From a virus (taxonomy: Duplodnaviria; Caudoviricetes), in the IMG/VR virus record IMGVR_UViG_3300028591_000009, positions 42,603 to 106,602 of that record: a stretch of 64,000 nucleotides of DNA; one strand, 5' to 3'. A program made the position numbers and the translations under genes. Under the pieces are notes generated by a model. That model was not told the DNA's origin and did no database searches. It saw nothing but the letters and a program-made list of their open reading frames with translations. This document shows positions 9,487 through 19,762 of this stretch, in pieces (position 1 is the stretch's first letter; every line of letters begins with the position of its first letter).

Positions 9487-10254
9487 TTATGCGGCCTTAC
9501 GCTCAGGAAGGATTATTCGTCCTTTCTTGCGCTTATGGTCTCTCAGATTTCCAGCAACAAACTTCTCACTCTTAGCGGAAGCCTCGTTTACTTTCTTCTG
9601 AGCGTGTTTGAGAAGTTTAGAATCCTTCTTGAGTTCATTGACTTTATGACCTTCGCCATTTATGTCTTTGATCTCAGCGATCTGCTTCTCCTCAAACTTA
9701 TGTTCACCAGTCTTATACCGACCAGTCAACGGTAACTTGTCAAACATTGAGACAACAAAGTCTCTGATGCGAGTCAAAGCCTCCTCACGTTCTTTCTCCC
9801 AAAGAGGAATATATTCGTCTTTGAAGAGATCGTCTGTAGGACAGGGCTTCGGATGTTTATGTTCCCACCTCTTCATCTTCTCGTCTTCATAAGCCTTCAT
9901 CTTTGCGGCTTTGCCGAGATTCTTCCAAAGCTTCTTCTCGTGGGCGTGTGCATCTGGGAACTCTGATGGATAATCCCACTTCTTAAGTTCTACGGTACCA
10001 TCTTTGTATCTTATCCACTTTTGTCCACGACATCTTTTACGAAGATTCTTTGGTTGAGGATATCCTTCTTTTGGATTTGTCCAACCACCTCCCTTAGTAC
10101 CTTTTACAGTACCCCAGGAATATTTAATATCAATGATATCTTCCTTCTTAGCCTCAGGTATTGTACAGTTTCTAACGGAATGCTGACGACTGTTGGCTGC
10201 AAGGTTCGCTACTTTTCTTCTACGAGCCTTAAGACGTATGCTGCTATGTGCCAT
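9487..10254 (-). CDS. Basic hypothetical protein ending ...ERKAA
   Basis: 255 aa Lys/Arg-rich ORF. Confidence 0.75.
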   Translation of the reverse strand: MAHSSIRLKARRRKVANLAANSRQHSVRNCTIPEAKKEDIIDIKYSWGTVKGTKGGGWTNPKEGYPQPKNLRKRCRGQKWIRYKDGTVELKKWDYPSEFPDAHAHEKKLWKNLGKAAKMKAYEDEKMKRWEHKHPKPCPTDDLFKDEYIPLWEKEREEALTRIRDFVVSMFDKLPLTGRYKTGEHKFEEKQIAEIKDINGEGHKVNELKKDSKLLKHAQKKVNEASAKSEKFVAGNLRDHKRKKGRIILPERKAA

Positions 10255-10283
10255 ATTAGTTTACTTATTAGGTTTACCATATG

Positions 10284-11159
10284 TTATGCAGCCTTTTTAA
10301 CGTTCGTAGAGGCCTTTTCTGAGCCTTTAGAGCTCTTTTTAGCGTTCAGCTGTACAGTTATAGCTTTCTGCTTAGCAATGCGCTCAGCAAGGCTTAAAAC
10401 AGCCTGCGTACTGTTGGCCTTTATCCACGCTCGCTTACCAATTTTAACTTTCGTCTTATTGGTTCCGGCGTTTGGACGGGGCGACGGCTTACGTCTTGCC
10501 AGGAGTTTTCCGTTCTTATTAAACTTCTCAGAACCGTGAGTTCTAATCGGTTTAATCTCTCTTGTAATCTTATCTTTAAGTCTACCTATTTGCATTCTAT
10601 GAATGGCACGAGTAGATCCACGACCTTTGAATGTCGCTGCTTTTGCAGCAGCTTTCTTCTCAGCCGTATTGTTAGTAGGCTTCTTTACCTTCTCTCTATC
10701 TTCCTTAGAGATTACAGACTCCATCTTCTTGGCGTAAGGATATATCTTAGCCTTAGGTGGAGCGATCTCGCGTATCTTCGCGAGTACATCCTGGTTACCG
10801 TCAATAGAGAAAAACGTATCTCCGTGATACTTATAATGAATATTAGCCTTTGCCAGGGCTTCCTTCACCATGGGACCATCGTCACGATTCAACATTATTA
10901 AAATGTTGTATTCCTTAGGAGCGTCGAGCTGTTCTATGAGTTTCTTTACGAGCTCTTCTGTTTTTTCGTCGTCGAACTTCATACGCTTACAACGGCGACG
11001 CAGAGCGTTAATACGGAAACTACGGTACTGTTCCTCACGAGCCTTCTTGCGGGCTTCCGTTTCTTTCATTAGAGTTACTTTACCTGTGGGAACTTTGGAT
11101 GTATTCTTGTTGGTAGCCTGACTCTTCTGAGCAGTTTCTACCTTTGTATTGTTATTCAT
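10284..11159 (-). CDS. Lys-rich hypothetical protein ending ...VKKAA
   Basis: 291 aa ORF. Confidence 0.75.
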   Translation of the reverse strand: MNNNTKVETAQKSQATNKNTSKVPTGKVTLMKETEARKKAREEQYRSFRINALRRRCKRMKFDDEKTEELVKKLIEQLDAPKEYNILIMLNRDDGPMVKEALAKANIHYKYHGDTFFSIDGNQDVLAKIREIAPPKAKIYPYAKKMESVISKEDREKVKKPTNNTAEKKAAAKAATFKGRGSTRAIHRMQIGRLKDKITREIKPIRTHGSEKFNKNGKLLARRKPSPRPNAGTNKTKVKIGKRAWIKANSTQAVLSLAERIAKQKAITVQLNAKKSSKGSEKASTNVKKAA

Positions 11160-11173
11160 ATTGATTATGCTAT

Positions 11174-11353
11174 TTATTTGTTAAAAACTTTGTTAATTAA
11201 ACGAGTAATAAAACTCTTTCTCTTGAAGATATATACTATACCCTCTTCACCAGAATTGAATACAGCCTTAAGGTTGTAATCTTTGCTGTGTTTGTTTAAA
11301 TCGGTGTTTGCCATAAAATGAGGCAGAACCACCTGCTTGTATTTTGGTTTCAT
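11174..11353 (-). CDS. Small hypothetical protein
   Basis: ATG at 11353 follows the recurrent CATTTATCAAAG leader. Confidence 0.55.
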   Translation of the reverse strand: MKPKYKQVVLPHFMANTDLNKHSKDYNLKAVFNSGEEGIVYIFKRKSFITRLINKVFNK

Positions 11354-11402
11354 CTTTGATAAATGAATTTTGTTAAACATGTTAATTATTGGGAAATATT
11401 GC

Positions 11403-11463
11403 GATCAGTGCGGGAACGATCCGCTCGTACGTTTCTTTACACGTACGCACCAGCATTCTGATC
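11403..11463 (-). ncRNA. Three-stem tRNA-like minimal element
   Basis: GATCAG/CTGATC closing stem, CGTACGT/ACGTACG hairpin, GCGG-ATCGTTC-CCGC T-like arm. Confidence 0.4.
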
Positions 11464-11473
11464 CATATGTATT

Positions 11474-12016
11474 TTACGCTGCCATATCAATCTTAAACAT
11501 ATCTGCTGTTGCAGCATCGAGATCGATAGAAGTCTTCGTATTAAAGTCCTCCATTGCAGTATCAAACTTGTTAGCCTTCAACTGGAGATCCTTAATCATA
11601 GAAGCAATCTTTGCAGATGTGAATACCTCATCCTTACCGATATTCTTCAGACCCTTCTGAGCCTTAGTCTTCTGGTCAAGAGTAGGAATCATCTTCAACT
11701 GACAAATAGCCTCCTTCATCTCGCAAGCCATAAAAATACTATAATTGTTCGTCTTCTTAAACGCCTCCTTGTCAAAAGTAGTAATACCCATATTCAAATA
11801 CATAAGCATACCCTTAATATAGACAAGTTTCTCGGCCATCTGTGTGATCTCATTATAGAGATTCTTCACATCATGGGAACGCAGACCAGCCTTAATCTCT
11901 TTCTTGGAGAGAAGGTTCTCTGCCTTAATATAATTCCAATACTTCTTCTTCTTAGAATTAATCTCATCGCGCATAGCGATTATCTTACTTGAATTCAACT
12001 TAATTGATTTCGTCAT
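11474..12016 (-). CDS. Helical hypothetical protein ending ...IDMAA
   Basis: ORF; ATG at 12016 preferred as start. Confidence 0.75.
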   Translation of the reverse strand: MTKSIKLNSSKIIAMRDEINSKKKKYWNYIKAENLLSKKEIKAGLRSHDVKNLYNEITQMAEKLVYIKGMLMYLNMGITTFDKEAFKKTNNYSIFMACEMKEAICQLKMIPTLDQKTKAQKGLKNIGKDEVFTSAKIASMIKDLQLKANKFDTAMEDFNTKTSIDLDAATADMFKIDMAA

Positions 12017-12122
12017 ACTATAAACATTTGATTTAGTTAAACTTCCGTGAATTATGTTGAATTCGAGATTACCTACGTGCCTTATATCCAATCGCTTGTG
12101 TATAAAGCTAAAACTAATCTCC

Positions 12123-12483
12123 GAGGAGAGGGTCCCTCGAGACCCTACTCCTCAAAACACCCTCAAGTGTATAAATGAGATTGTTTTTATTGTTGTTTTT
12201 ACACTTCTCAACTAAGATAAGAATTGTAATAATAAGTGTTTGTAAATCCTTGTCTGCTAATGCCTCGACATATACAGACTAAATCCCTCGAGATTATTCA
12301 TCGGACGTACTTACACTCATTCCTACTATCCCCGTTTCCAGGTTAAGAAATGCTTTACCAGTTGCGTCAGGAAAGTGAAATACGCGATGCTTGTCGGATA
12401 CGTTCACGTTCACGACAACGGGCTCTGCAACAGGTTTGACGACTACGCTTGAGCCTGACTTCCTCCGGTCTCCCTCGAGAGAC
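12123..12483 (-). repeat. Five hairpins with shared loop CCTC(G/A)A (UYGAGG in the minus-strand RNA)
   Basis: Loops at 12135, 12161, 12263, 12286 and 12473, each closed by a different complementary stem. Confidence 0.65.
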
Positions 12484-12881
12484 GCTCCACCGCCTTTATT
12501 GTTGCATACATGCTCGTGTATCTCGAATAAACGAGAAACAACCCAATCATATTCATTTTCGCGTTGTGCTTTCTTAGCAATTTCAACACCAAGTCCTTCT
12601 TCAATGGCAACTGCATTGTCACCTACAGAAAGACTCACAAGGGCATCCCATACGGCTAATGCCCAACTCTCGAACGGCAGTTTTACCTGACATCCGATTA
12701 GTCGATTCCAGAAATCAAAGCTTGTTTCACCAAGAACTACAGTTCCATCGTCACAAACTCTGAAGATTGCGTATGATTTACCCTCTCCGCCGACAGCTTT
12801 TACTTTTTCTGCGACGGTCTCATTTTTCATCAACTGGACCATCAAACCGATAGACCAGTCTGTGAGGGATTTAACCTTCAT
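12294..12881 (-). CDS. Hypothetical protein
   Basis: 195 aa ORF coupled to the upstream gene. Confidence 0.75.
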   Translation of the reverse strand: MKVKSLTDWSIGLMVQLMKNETVAEKVKAVGGEGKSYAIFRVCDDGTVVLGETSFDFWNRLIGCQVKLPFESWALAVWDALVSLSVGDNAVAIEEGLGVEIAKKAQRENEYDWVVSRLFEIHEHVCNNKGGGASLEGDRRKSGSSVVVKPVAEPVVVNVNVSDKHRVFHFPDATGKAFLNLETGIVGMSVSTSDE

Positions 12882-12882
12882 A

Positions 12883-13557
12883 TTACTCGTTAGATGTATG
12901 AACGTTAATCACACTCGTAGCGCCACCATTAAGGATGTCCTTAATCTTGACATTATCCATCTTGGAGTCGTTCCACTCCTTAGAAATCTCATCTGCTTTC
13001 TTATCGTTCTCGACGATAGCGCCCTGGATGTTCTGCTTCATCTTGTTCAGAGCTGACATCAGCATGTCAATGTTCTTGAGTTCAGCGCGGTTAGCGTCGT
13101 TCAGAACCTTGGCAACCTTCTTAGCGTCCAGGAAGAAGTTCTCACCCTCAGCGTGAATAGCAGCCTCGATTGCATCTTCGATGGGCTTCTCGGTTACAAC
13201 TGGATTAACACCGTTGTTGAGCGGGAAGAACAAATCACGAGTGCCATCGGGGCGAGCATTGATAGAGATACCTACCTGCTTAGCCTCACCGATACCTACT
13301 GTATCGAAGCAAGCACCAATGATATCCTTGGTACGGAGCGTGTACTTGCGAGGAGAACGATTGGTAATCAACAGAGCAACACCAGGAGTGTTTGCCTGCT
13401 TCTTGTCGTTCTCAAAGCCTTCCTTGCCGCCGGCCCAGATTTCCTTCATTTCAACTTCAGTGTAAGCTTTGCCTAGCAAAGCACCAATAAGACTAGCAGC
13501 CTGACGAGTGCTAGGGATGACGTTTGAAATATTAACGTCGATAGTTTTTTCTGCCAT
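12883..13557 (-). CDS. Hypothetical protein with C-terminal coiled coil
   Basis: ATG at 13557 (MAEKTID) after an A-rich leader; strong codon bias. Confidence 0.75.
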   Translation of the reverse strand: MAEKTIDVNISNVIPSTRQAASLIGALLGKAYTEVEMKEIWAGGKEGFENDKKQANTPGVALLITNRSPRKYTLRTKDIIGACFDTVGIGEAKQVGISINARPDGTRDLFFPLNNGVNPVVTEKPIEDAIEAAIHAEGENFFLDAKKVAKVLNDANRAELKNIDMLMSALNKMKQNIQGAIVENDKKADEISKEWNDSKMDNVKIKDILNGGATSVINVHTSNE

Positions 13558-13624
13558 TTTTCTTTCCTTTTTGATATCGTGGTTGATCCACCAACGAAAG
13601 ATTAATAATTCCTGCTTCAAGGTG

Positions 13625-15745
13625 CAGGTTTACCTTGTTTTATATAAGTTTTACATCCGGCTCGGTGGCTCTACTAGATGTTGACGTTAGACGGTTATTG
13701 TGATTTCAGTTGCTGTGCTTACGGGAAGCACGCTTCTATTAGAGACTAGTTACACTTCTATATTCCTTAAAATGAAGCTCAACTCATGTAACGGGAATCC
13801 AACGGTAGGATTATCTAAGCCCATCATCTCAATAGGTTCGAAAACTTTGAACGCTGAATATGTGTATCAAACACTAACCCTATTTGTCGGTATGTTTATA
13901 TTTTCGTAAACATTTATTAAATTTATATTAAATCCAATATTCACTTTTTTCGAGTCCGTTGGCAAAATTTTGGAATTATCCAACTAATGTTCATAGGACT
14001 CACCACAAAAATTTTGCATAGTTTCTCTGTTAGTATATTTCCCAAGTACCTTAAGAGTTAACTACACTACGATTGTCATTTAACCACAGATTTTCTCTCC
14101 TGTTGCATGATTTAAGGCTCATACTACTATTACCTTTCCTTGTTATTTCAACGTGCTTGTGTTTACCTACGTAAGGATTACGTTTCTTTATCGAACAATC
14201 TAAGAGCTCCATAACTCTTTTCAAGTACTACGATTTAAAATTCTTCCTAGCGATTCTACGGTACTAAATATTTCTTCTCTTGGATGTGTTTACTCACCCT
14301 CATTATTTATAGTGCACGAATACTGGAGGAATTCCACCTCATACATCGCTTCTTGTCACCCACTTAATGTTCCGCTTCATCGAGTCCTAGTTTCACAAAC
14401 TATCCCAAATGCAACTGGTTGTACGGTTTGCTACTTCTATTTCCTTTACCCCTCCGAGACAGGGAGGTGATTTCACTTCGCGATAAGCTGCCCATCGATT
14501 AAATGTATATGACTTCATGGTCTCTACCGAACACATAGATTTGCTGTCTATGCTCTGATAGGATTCATCTTGTCTATTTGCTTCTCAGGAACGGTTGGCA
14601 CTCGATTTCTGGCGTGAAAGCACTCACAAACATTACAAACGGAGTCTTTCGTTGATATACAACATTAATTTCTCCCAGCCAGGGGACATCAATTTTTGTT
14701 AAACATGTTAATTATCTCTTTTGTTTTCTACTACGTATTATCTTCGTTAGAATCTTCTCCCGATAAAGTATAACGGTATATTGTATACAGTTCGTCATCT
14801 AACTATCATCTTACTTTCGAAGGAAGCGATCTCTCTCTATACTGGAATGTATAGGCTTCGAATCGACCACCTAGATAAGAAATTTTTGGCTATCTAGTAA
14901 CCATCTAAAACGCATTTCCTCATCCTTCAAACATAATACTCGCTTACCAGTACTTGTTATCAATTGAAATAGAGTTTCTCCGCGCTCTTCATCCGCGTAC
15001 CATAGGCTCCAGAACCATATGGATTAAGTGGCGCATCCACTTGTAGTCATTTCCTCTTATATCCCGCACAAACGACTAAAGCCTGGCGGTCATCTTCATC
15101 ATATTTTCCTCTGTACCCCATCCCTGGCACCCCTTCAACGGAGTTGTGCACGAATCGAACGGCAAGGATTTCTCCAAGGACCGTAGTTACGGTACGGCGC
15201 AGACAGTCACACCTTCTGCTAGGCGAATATACTCAGATATTTTTCATCCCTTCATACACGTTGTGGAGACGTGGAACACTAGACTACAGCTTAAAGTTGA
15301 TACATCATTGAGTGTTTTGGCTTCAAACTCAATGTTGCGACTCCTGTTTCGTTATGCTATCCTTATGTATCATCAGATAGTATGTCGAATACGGTTCAGT
15401 TTTGCCCATCATTCGGGACTTATGCGTCTTCCTTACTAATACCCCACACTTCAAAGAGTCTGGCAAGAGCATAAAGGACTCTGCTGGTATATATTAGTGT
15501 TAGGGTCTGATACATACGCTCACCCTACTTACTATAAGCGATTCGATTATGTAGTACGCATAAAACTTATAGCATTTCATCCTACCTTTTGGATTTCTCA
15601 CCATTTGAGATGGCTAACATATTCTCGGATCAAGTTGTACTATTCGCATTCTAAGGTTGATGAGACCTACTCCGTAGACGAATGCTGACGTGTGCCCATC
15701 GGGCGGGGAATGTATGAATCCTCATACATCCCCCATGCACCGGAG
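13625..15745 (-). ncRNA. Candidate very large non-coding RNA / ORF-free structured tract
   Basis: No minus-strand ORF of 60 aa or more over 2.1 kb between co-oriented genes; several hairpins; strand inferred from flanking genes. Confidence 0.45.
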
Positions 15746-15748
15746 TGA

Positions 15749-16231
15749 CTAACGCTTGTAGACTACCTCACCGTCGACTGTGAGGCAAATGGACGCTTTA
15801 GGAGGTCCAACAGTGTCTGGGGTGTACTCCTCGCGAACCCCACGTACTTTGTTGTTAACAATACTATCAGGAATTATAGCTGGTGTGCTCAACCCCTGAC
15901 GTTTTATTGTGGCACGAGCAGATGTACGCTTCTTCTTGTACACTAGGTTCTTTACTCTCGGAGCTTGAGATGTGTCCTTAACAACCACTATTTCTAGTGG
16001 GACATACTCTTTCTCCGTTTTGTTCTGTCTCTCAACTATAGGTTGAGTGATAGATGGCAACGGCAATGCTCGATAATCGGGCAGCGTTGCAGCGTTCAAT
16101 GTCTGATGCTTGCGCATAGACATCTCATTGTTCTCTACCTCCGCTAATGACCACCCTGCTAGGGCAAACAATAGCGAACAAATAATTGTTGTAACTAGTT
16201 TCATACCTTTGATAGATTTCGAAACTATCAC
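15749..16231 (-). CDS. Membrane-anchored or secreted hypothetical protein (TAG stop)
   Basis: N-terminal hydrophobic segment. Confidence 0.65.
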   Translation of the reverse strand: MIVSKSIKGMKLVTTIICSLLFALAGWSLAEVENNEMSMRKHQTLNAATLPDYRALPLPSITQPIVERQNKTEKEYVPLEIVVVKDTSQAPRVKNLVYKKKRTSARATIKRQGLSTPAIIPDSIVNNKVRGVREEYTPDTVGPPKASICLTVDGEVVYKR

Positions 16232-16236
16232 ATCAC

Positions 16237-17628
16237 TTAACCCTTCTTCTCCTCAGGAACAGGAACTTCAACGAGATTGCTCTCCTTGTAGTTGATAGAC
16301 TGAGACAGAGGATCGGTGAACATGTTGACAATAATGCCAGCACGCTGCTGAACATTCTTCAGCAATGCCTCATTAGTCTCATCATCAAGCTCCTTACCCT
16401 TGAACTCAGGATAGTAAGTGTCAATGATATTACCAACCAGACGGTGAGCAAGTTTGTACTCCTCAGAGTCAGTCTTGTCAGACTTGTAGTTGTCAATCAA
16501 AGCGTCTACTACCTCGAATGAAGGATTGGTAGTTTCTGTGATAATCAGGTTCAACTCCTCGATGGCGGTCTCGTTTGCACGAATAGCAGTTTCAGTTGCT
16601 ACCTTTGCAGCGCCCTTCTCGTTCTCAAGATGCTTCTTCTGCTCCTTGATAACTTCGTTGCACTCAGCTATTCTACTGTTACATGACCACAGTAAGAGAA
16701 TGCGAACGATGTCAGCCACGTACTGATCGTCAATGGTATTGTCCTTCTCAGGAACGGCACTGCGACGATAGAGGCAGAACGACGAAATGGGACTTCCAGT
16801 CTCAGCGGAACGCTTGCGAAGAAAGTAAGCAGTGCCAGTCAATGCAAATGGGCAAGGACCAACAATCTCTGCTATCTCATCCAGCAACTTCTGGCGAGAC
16901 TTATCCTTAACTTCGTTAACGGCAGCCGTCTTGTCCTCAGTAGCATTGGCCTGGATGGTCAAATAGCCACGATAGAACTTGATGGTACGTTGTACACGTG
17001 CGTCTGGGCGATCAATACCGTCAGAGATAGGCTTTACGAGCATGGCTGTGAGAGATGCCTTTAACTGCTCAGGAGTCTTTATCTCCGCAGGATTGCTAAC
17101 TGCCTTGGCGACAGATTCCATTTCCTTCTTTTTGCTTTTGATGGTCTTTTCAGACACGTCCTTCTTGTCAATTGTAACAACACGTGTCTCAGCTGGAAGA
17201 AGGCCAACAACACCTGCCTGTTTGAGCTGTTCCTCTGTAGGAGCAGGAAGCATCTTGAACTCAGGAAGCTTAATTCCGCGCTCAATTGCCATACCCATCA
17301 AGGCGTTGTAGTTGTTCTCGTTAGCTGTGATGATAAGACCAGCAACACTGTTGCCAGATGCTATCTCAGTAATAGCGACATCGAGGATTGATACTTGTGC
17401 AAGCATGGTGAGACCATCGATAGTGCACTGAGAAGGCTTCTCGGTATTGGTCATCAAGAATGCACGTTCGTTTTGTAGTGCGCCAATATAAGCGACTTTA
17501 TCGCTCTGGCTCATACCCTTTGTGTTAGGGTTATTGTTTACAGGAAACTTCACTGTAGTATTATTTTCAGGAGCTCCCTGTGCTTCTGCTGCTGCTGCAG
17601 CTGCAGAAGTCTTGTTGTTTTTTGCCAT
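16237..17628 (-). CDS. Hypothetical protein, 463 aa
   Basis: Long ORF with TTATCAAAATG leader. Confidence 0.8.
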   Translation of the reverse strand: MAKNNKTSAAAAAAEAQGAPENNTTVKFPVNNNPNTKGMSQSDKVAYIGALQNERAFLMTNTEKPSQCTIDGLTMLAQVSILDVAITEIASGNSVAGLIITANENNYNALMGMAIERGIKLPEFKMLPAPTEEQLKQAGVVGLLPAETRVVTIDKKDVSEKTIKSKKKEMESVAKAVSNPAEIKTPEQLKASLTAMLVKPISDGIDRPDARVQRTIKFYRGYLTIQANATEDKTAAVNEVKDKSRQKLLDEIAEIVGPCPFALTGTAYFLRKRSAETGSPISSFCLYRRSAVPEKDNTIDDQYVADIVRILLLWSCNSRIAECNEVIKEQKKHLENEKGAAKVATETAIRANETAIEELNLIITETTNPSFEVVDALIDNYKSDKTDSEEYKLAHRLVGNIIDTYYPEFKGKELDDETNEALLKNVQQRAGIIVNMFTDPLSQSINYKESNLVEVPVPEEKKG

Positions 17629-17711
17629 TTTGATAACGGTTTTTTAAATTAATTACTTGTGGTTGGTTAGTCCACTTAACTATAACCATAGGAACTGATT
17701 GTAGTAGACTT

Positions 17712-18125
17712 TCAAGAATCGTCTACAATTTCTACACTGTTTGGCGGGTTTGGCAAAGCGTGTAGGTATAGTCTATGAGTCACCCCACAGACATCACTTA
17801 AAGTCTGGTTAGGCTCAACCATATCAGGCGTATAATCCTGACTCACAAGGCTTGAAGTTACCTTCACTGGTGTTGTATAGTCTACATACTCAGGAATACA
17901 TACGAATGTTCCCTGTGTAGCCAACAACCCTTGTGTGGGGTACGCCTGGTTGAGCATGACCTGACTTTGTTCCTTCTTTTCGATTGCCTTATGAGCAATC
18001 GTTCCTACTGTGAAAGCTAATGTATAGCTTACAAATAGGGCCCAGAATACTTTGTTGCTATTGTTGTATCTTGCGATACCCAATATAAACAGTGTTCCGA
18101 GAATGAACAATAAAGCTACTGTCAT
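17712..18125 (-). CDS. Two-TM membrane protein coupled to the sigma gene (anti-sigma candidate)
   Basis: Two N-terminal hydrophobic helices; ATGA overlap with sigma stop. Confidence 0.55.
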   Translation of the reverse strand: MTVALLFILGTLFILGIARYNNSNKVFWALFVSYTLAFTVGTIAHKAIEKKEQSQVMLNQAYPTQGLLATQGTFVCIPEYVDYTTPVKVTSSLVSQDYTPDMVEPNQTLSDVCGVTHRLYLHALPNPPNSVEIVDDS

Positions 18126-18685
18126 GATTGTAATTTTAAACGTTGTCTTAACTTACGTCTAGTCCTGGAGAGCGTGGATTTTATAGTTCCTACTGGTACT
18201 CTAGGATTAAACGTCTTACTAATCTCTTCTACGGTTAAATTATCTACATAAAATCTTTCAAAGATCTTACGAGTGACCTCTGGAAGTTTCTCAAACTCAC
18301 GAAGTAGTTCCTTATACGTCAGATGATTGACTAAGTCATCTTCAGCACAAGCCTGAATATTGGAGTTTAGTCGGTCCTCCTTTATATCAGCTACTTGTTT
18401 GTTCTTTATACTACGCAAATAATCAATTGCAGTTCGATTAGTCAATATTCGCAGCCAACCCCCAAAGGAGTCGTATGCTACAAATTTCGAGAGTTTATCA
18501 TGCACTTTAAGAAAGACAATATTTGCCACTTCTTTAGACTCGTCCATATCTTTTAGATACTGGAACAAAAGACTCTCTACAAAGCCTTTATACTTGTAGT
18601 AAAGTGCATTAAAAGCAAGCTCATCGCCTGCTTGCGCTTTTTTGATTAAGTCAACTTCAGTTGGGGTGATTCTAGGATTCTTCAT
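18122..18685 (-). CDS. ECF-type (sigma-70 group 4) RNA polymerase sigma factor
   Basis: LIKKAQAGDELAFNALY, region 2 SFGGWLRILTNRTAIDYLR, region 4 LTVEEIS...VPVGTIKSTLSRTRRKLR. Confidence 0.9.
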   Translation of the reverse strand: MKNPRITPTEVDLIKKAQAGDELAFNALYYKYKGFVESLLFQYLKDMDESKEVANIVFLKVHDKLSKFVAYDSFGGWLRILTNRTAIDYLRSIKNKQVADIKEDRLNSNIQACAEDDLVNHLTYKELLREFEKLPEVTRKIFERFYVDNLTVEEISKTFNPRVPVGTIKSTLSRTRRKLRQRLKLQS

Positions 18686-18787
18686 AATCAAAAACAATTT
18701 ACTCGGTTTATTAAGGTGTCACTCCTGTACGCGGAACCGAAACGCTTAGTGGGCAGTGGGAATACCAATCCCGTTAGGTTTTCTGCC

Positions 18788-19222
18788 CTAGAATGGTAAA
18801 TCTTCTGTGTTTATCTCAGAAAGTTCGCCATTGATTGTAGTTACAAAGTTGCGATGTATCTTGCTACTCAATTTAGCAGACAATCTTCCATCATATACCA
18901 GTTTGTTAAGTAAACCTGTTGCTATTCGCATTCGAACACCTATCGTTCGATAATCAGCTAGCCCTAATAATAGGACTATCTTTTTGTTTACCCACACCAA
19001 TATACTATGGAGATCATCATTGCGCCAAATCTCGTACAGAATTTCATCATCAACTTCGTCGTCACATAACGAAAACACCTTGGTATTTTCTACTATACCC
19101 TTTACGCCTTGATTGTATGCGATACGTAAATGATCGTAAATAACACTAGGTTTTTGATTCTCGTCATCTACTCCTATCGGAGTCAAATATTTGGAAAATA
19201 TACTACACATACTCTTTTTCAA
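18788..19222 (-). CDS. Hypothetical protein ending EDLPF (TAG stop)
   Basis: 144 aa ORF. Confidence 0.7.
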   Translation of the reverse strand: MKKSMCSIFSKYLTPIGVDDENQKPSVIYDHLRIAYNQGVKGIVENTKVFSLCDDEVDDEILYEIWRNDDLHSILVWVNKKIVLLLGLADYRTIGVRMRIATGLLNKLVYDGRLSAKLSSKIHRNFVTTINGELSEINTEDLPF

Positions 19223-19760
19223 AACTCTTTATTAAGAAGTCAACTAATCTATCTACAAATGCATATTTAGCTTGTTTTTCTTCTTCTGAAGCGTCTCTTG
19301 AAGGCATGAGTTCGCTAAGATGAGTATTAATAATCTCAATACGTATATCAAGATCAGTTCTACCTATCTTTTTAGAGTTATCATACGTATTTTGTACATA
19401 CGCGTGATTAGTTCTGAACCAGTTTACCCATGAAGTAACCCTTTTCCAATATATTTTCGTACTTGGATCTTTTGGGTCATTTGTATCAGTAAGCTCGTCC
19501 CAATCAATACTTCTCTCAAATATAAAGTTTTTAGGTTTACCTTTAACAATTCCAAGTATAGCTCGTACGATCTCCTTCTTATTTTCAGGAGCTTTTTGTA
19601 TAAGTCTGCTTTCATTATCAACTTTATCGCCTATAATCTTTACGAAATGAGTATAAGTATGTTCAACCCATGCATTTTTAGATTTTGTAAACTTCAATGC
19701 AAGGTCTACAACTTTGGGACAGCGGTCCCGTAACATTTCACGATATCCTAGTTTTTTCAT
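19203..19760 (-). CDS. Hypothetical protein (TAG stop)
   Basis: 185 aa ORF. Confidence 0.7.
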   Translation of the reverse strand: MKKLGYREMLRDRCPKVVDLALKFTKSKNAWVEHTYTHFVKIIGDKVDNESRLIQKAPENKKEIVRAILGIVKGKPKNFIFERSIDWDELTDTNDPKDPSTKIYWKRVTSWVNWFRTNHAYVQNTYDNSKKIGRTDLDIRIEIINTHLSELMPSRDASEEEKQAKYAFVDRLVDFLIKSFEKEYV

Positions 19761-19762
19761 AG

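Noticed and set aside
12123-12483. CsrA/RsmA sites as the explanation for the hairpin array
   Set aside because: Only three of five contain AGGGA, and the GGA falls partly in the stem rather than the loop
15345-15378. Hammerhead ribozyme (CTGATGA...GAAA on the minus strand)
   Set aside because: The sequence between the core motifs does not form stem II; CTATC/GATAG pairing competes
13625-15745. Group I or II intron
   Set aside because: No recognisable domain V or P7 core, no intron-encoded ORF, and flanking genes are not split
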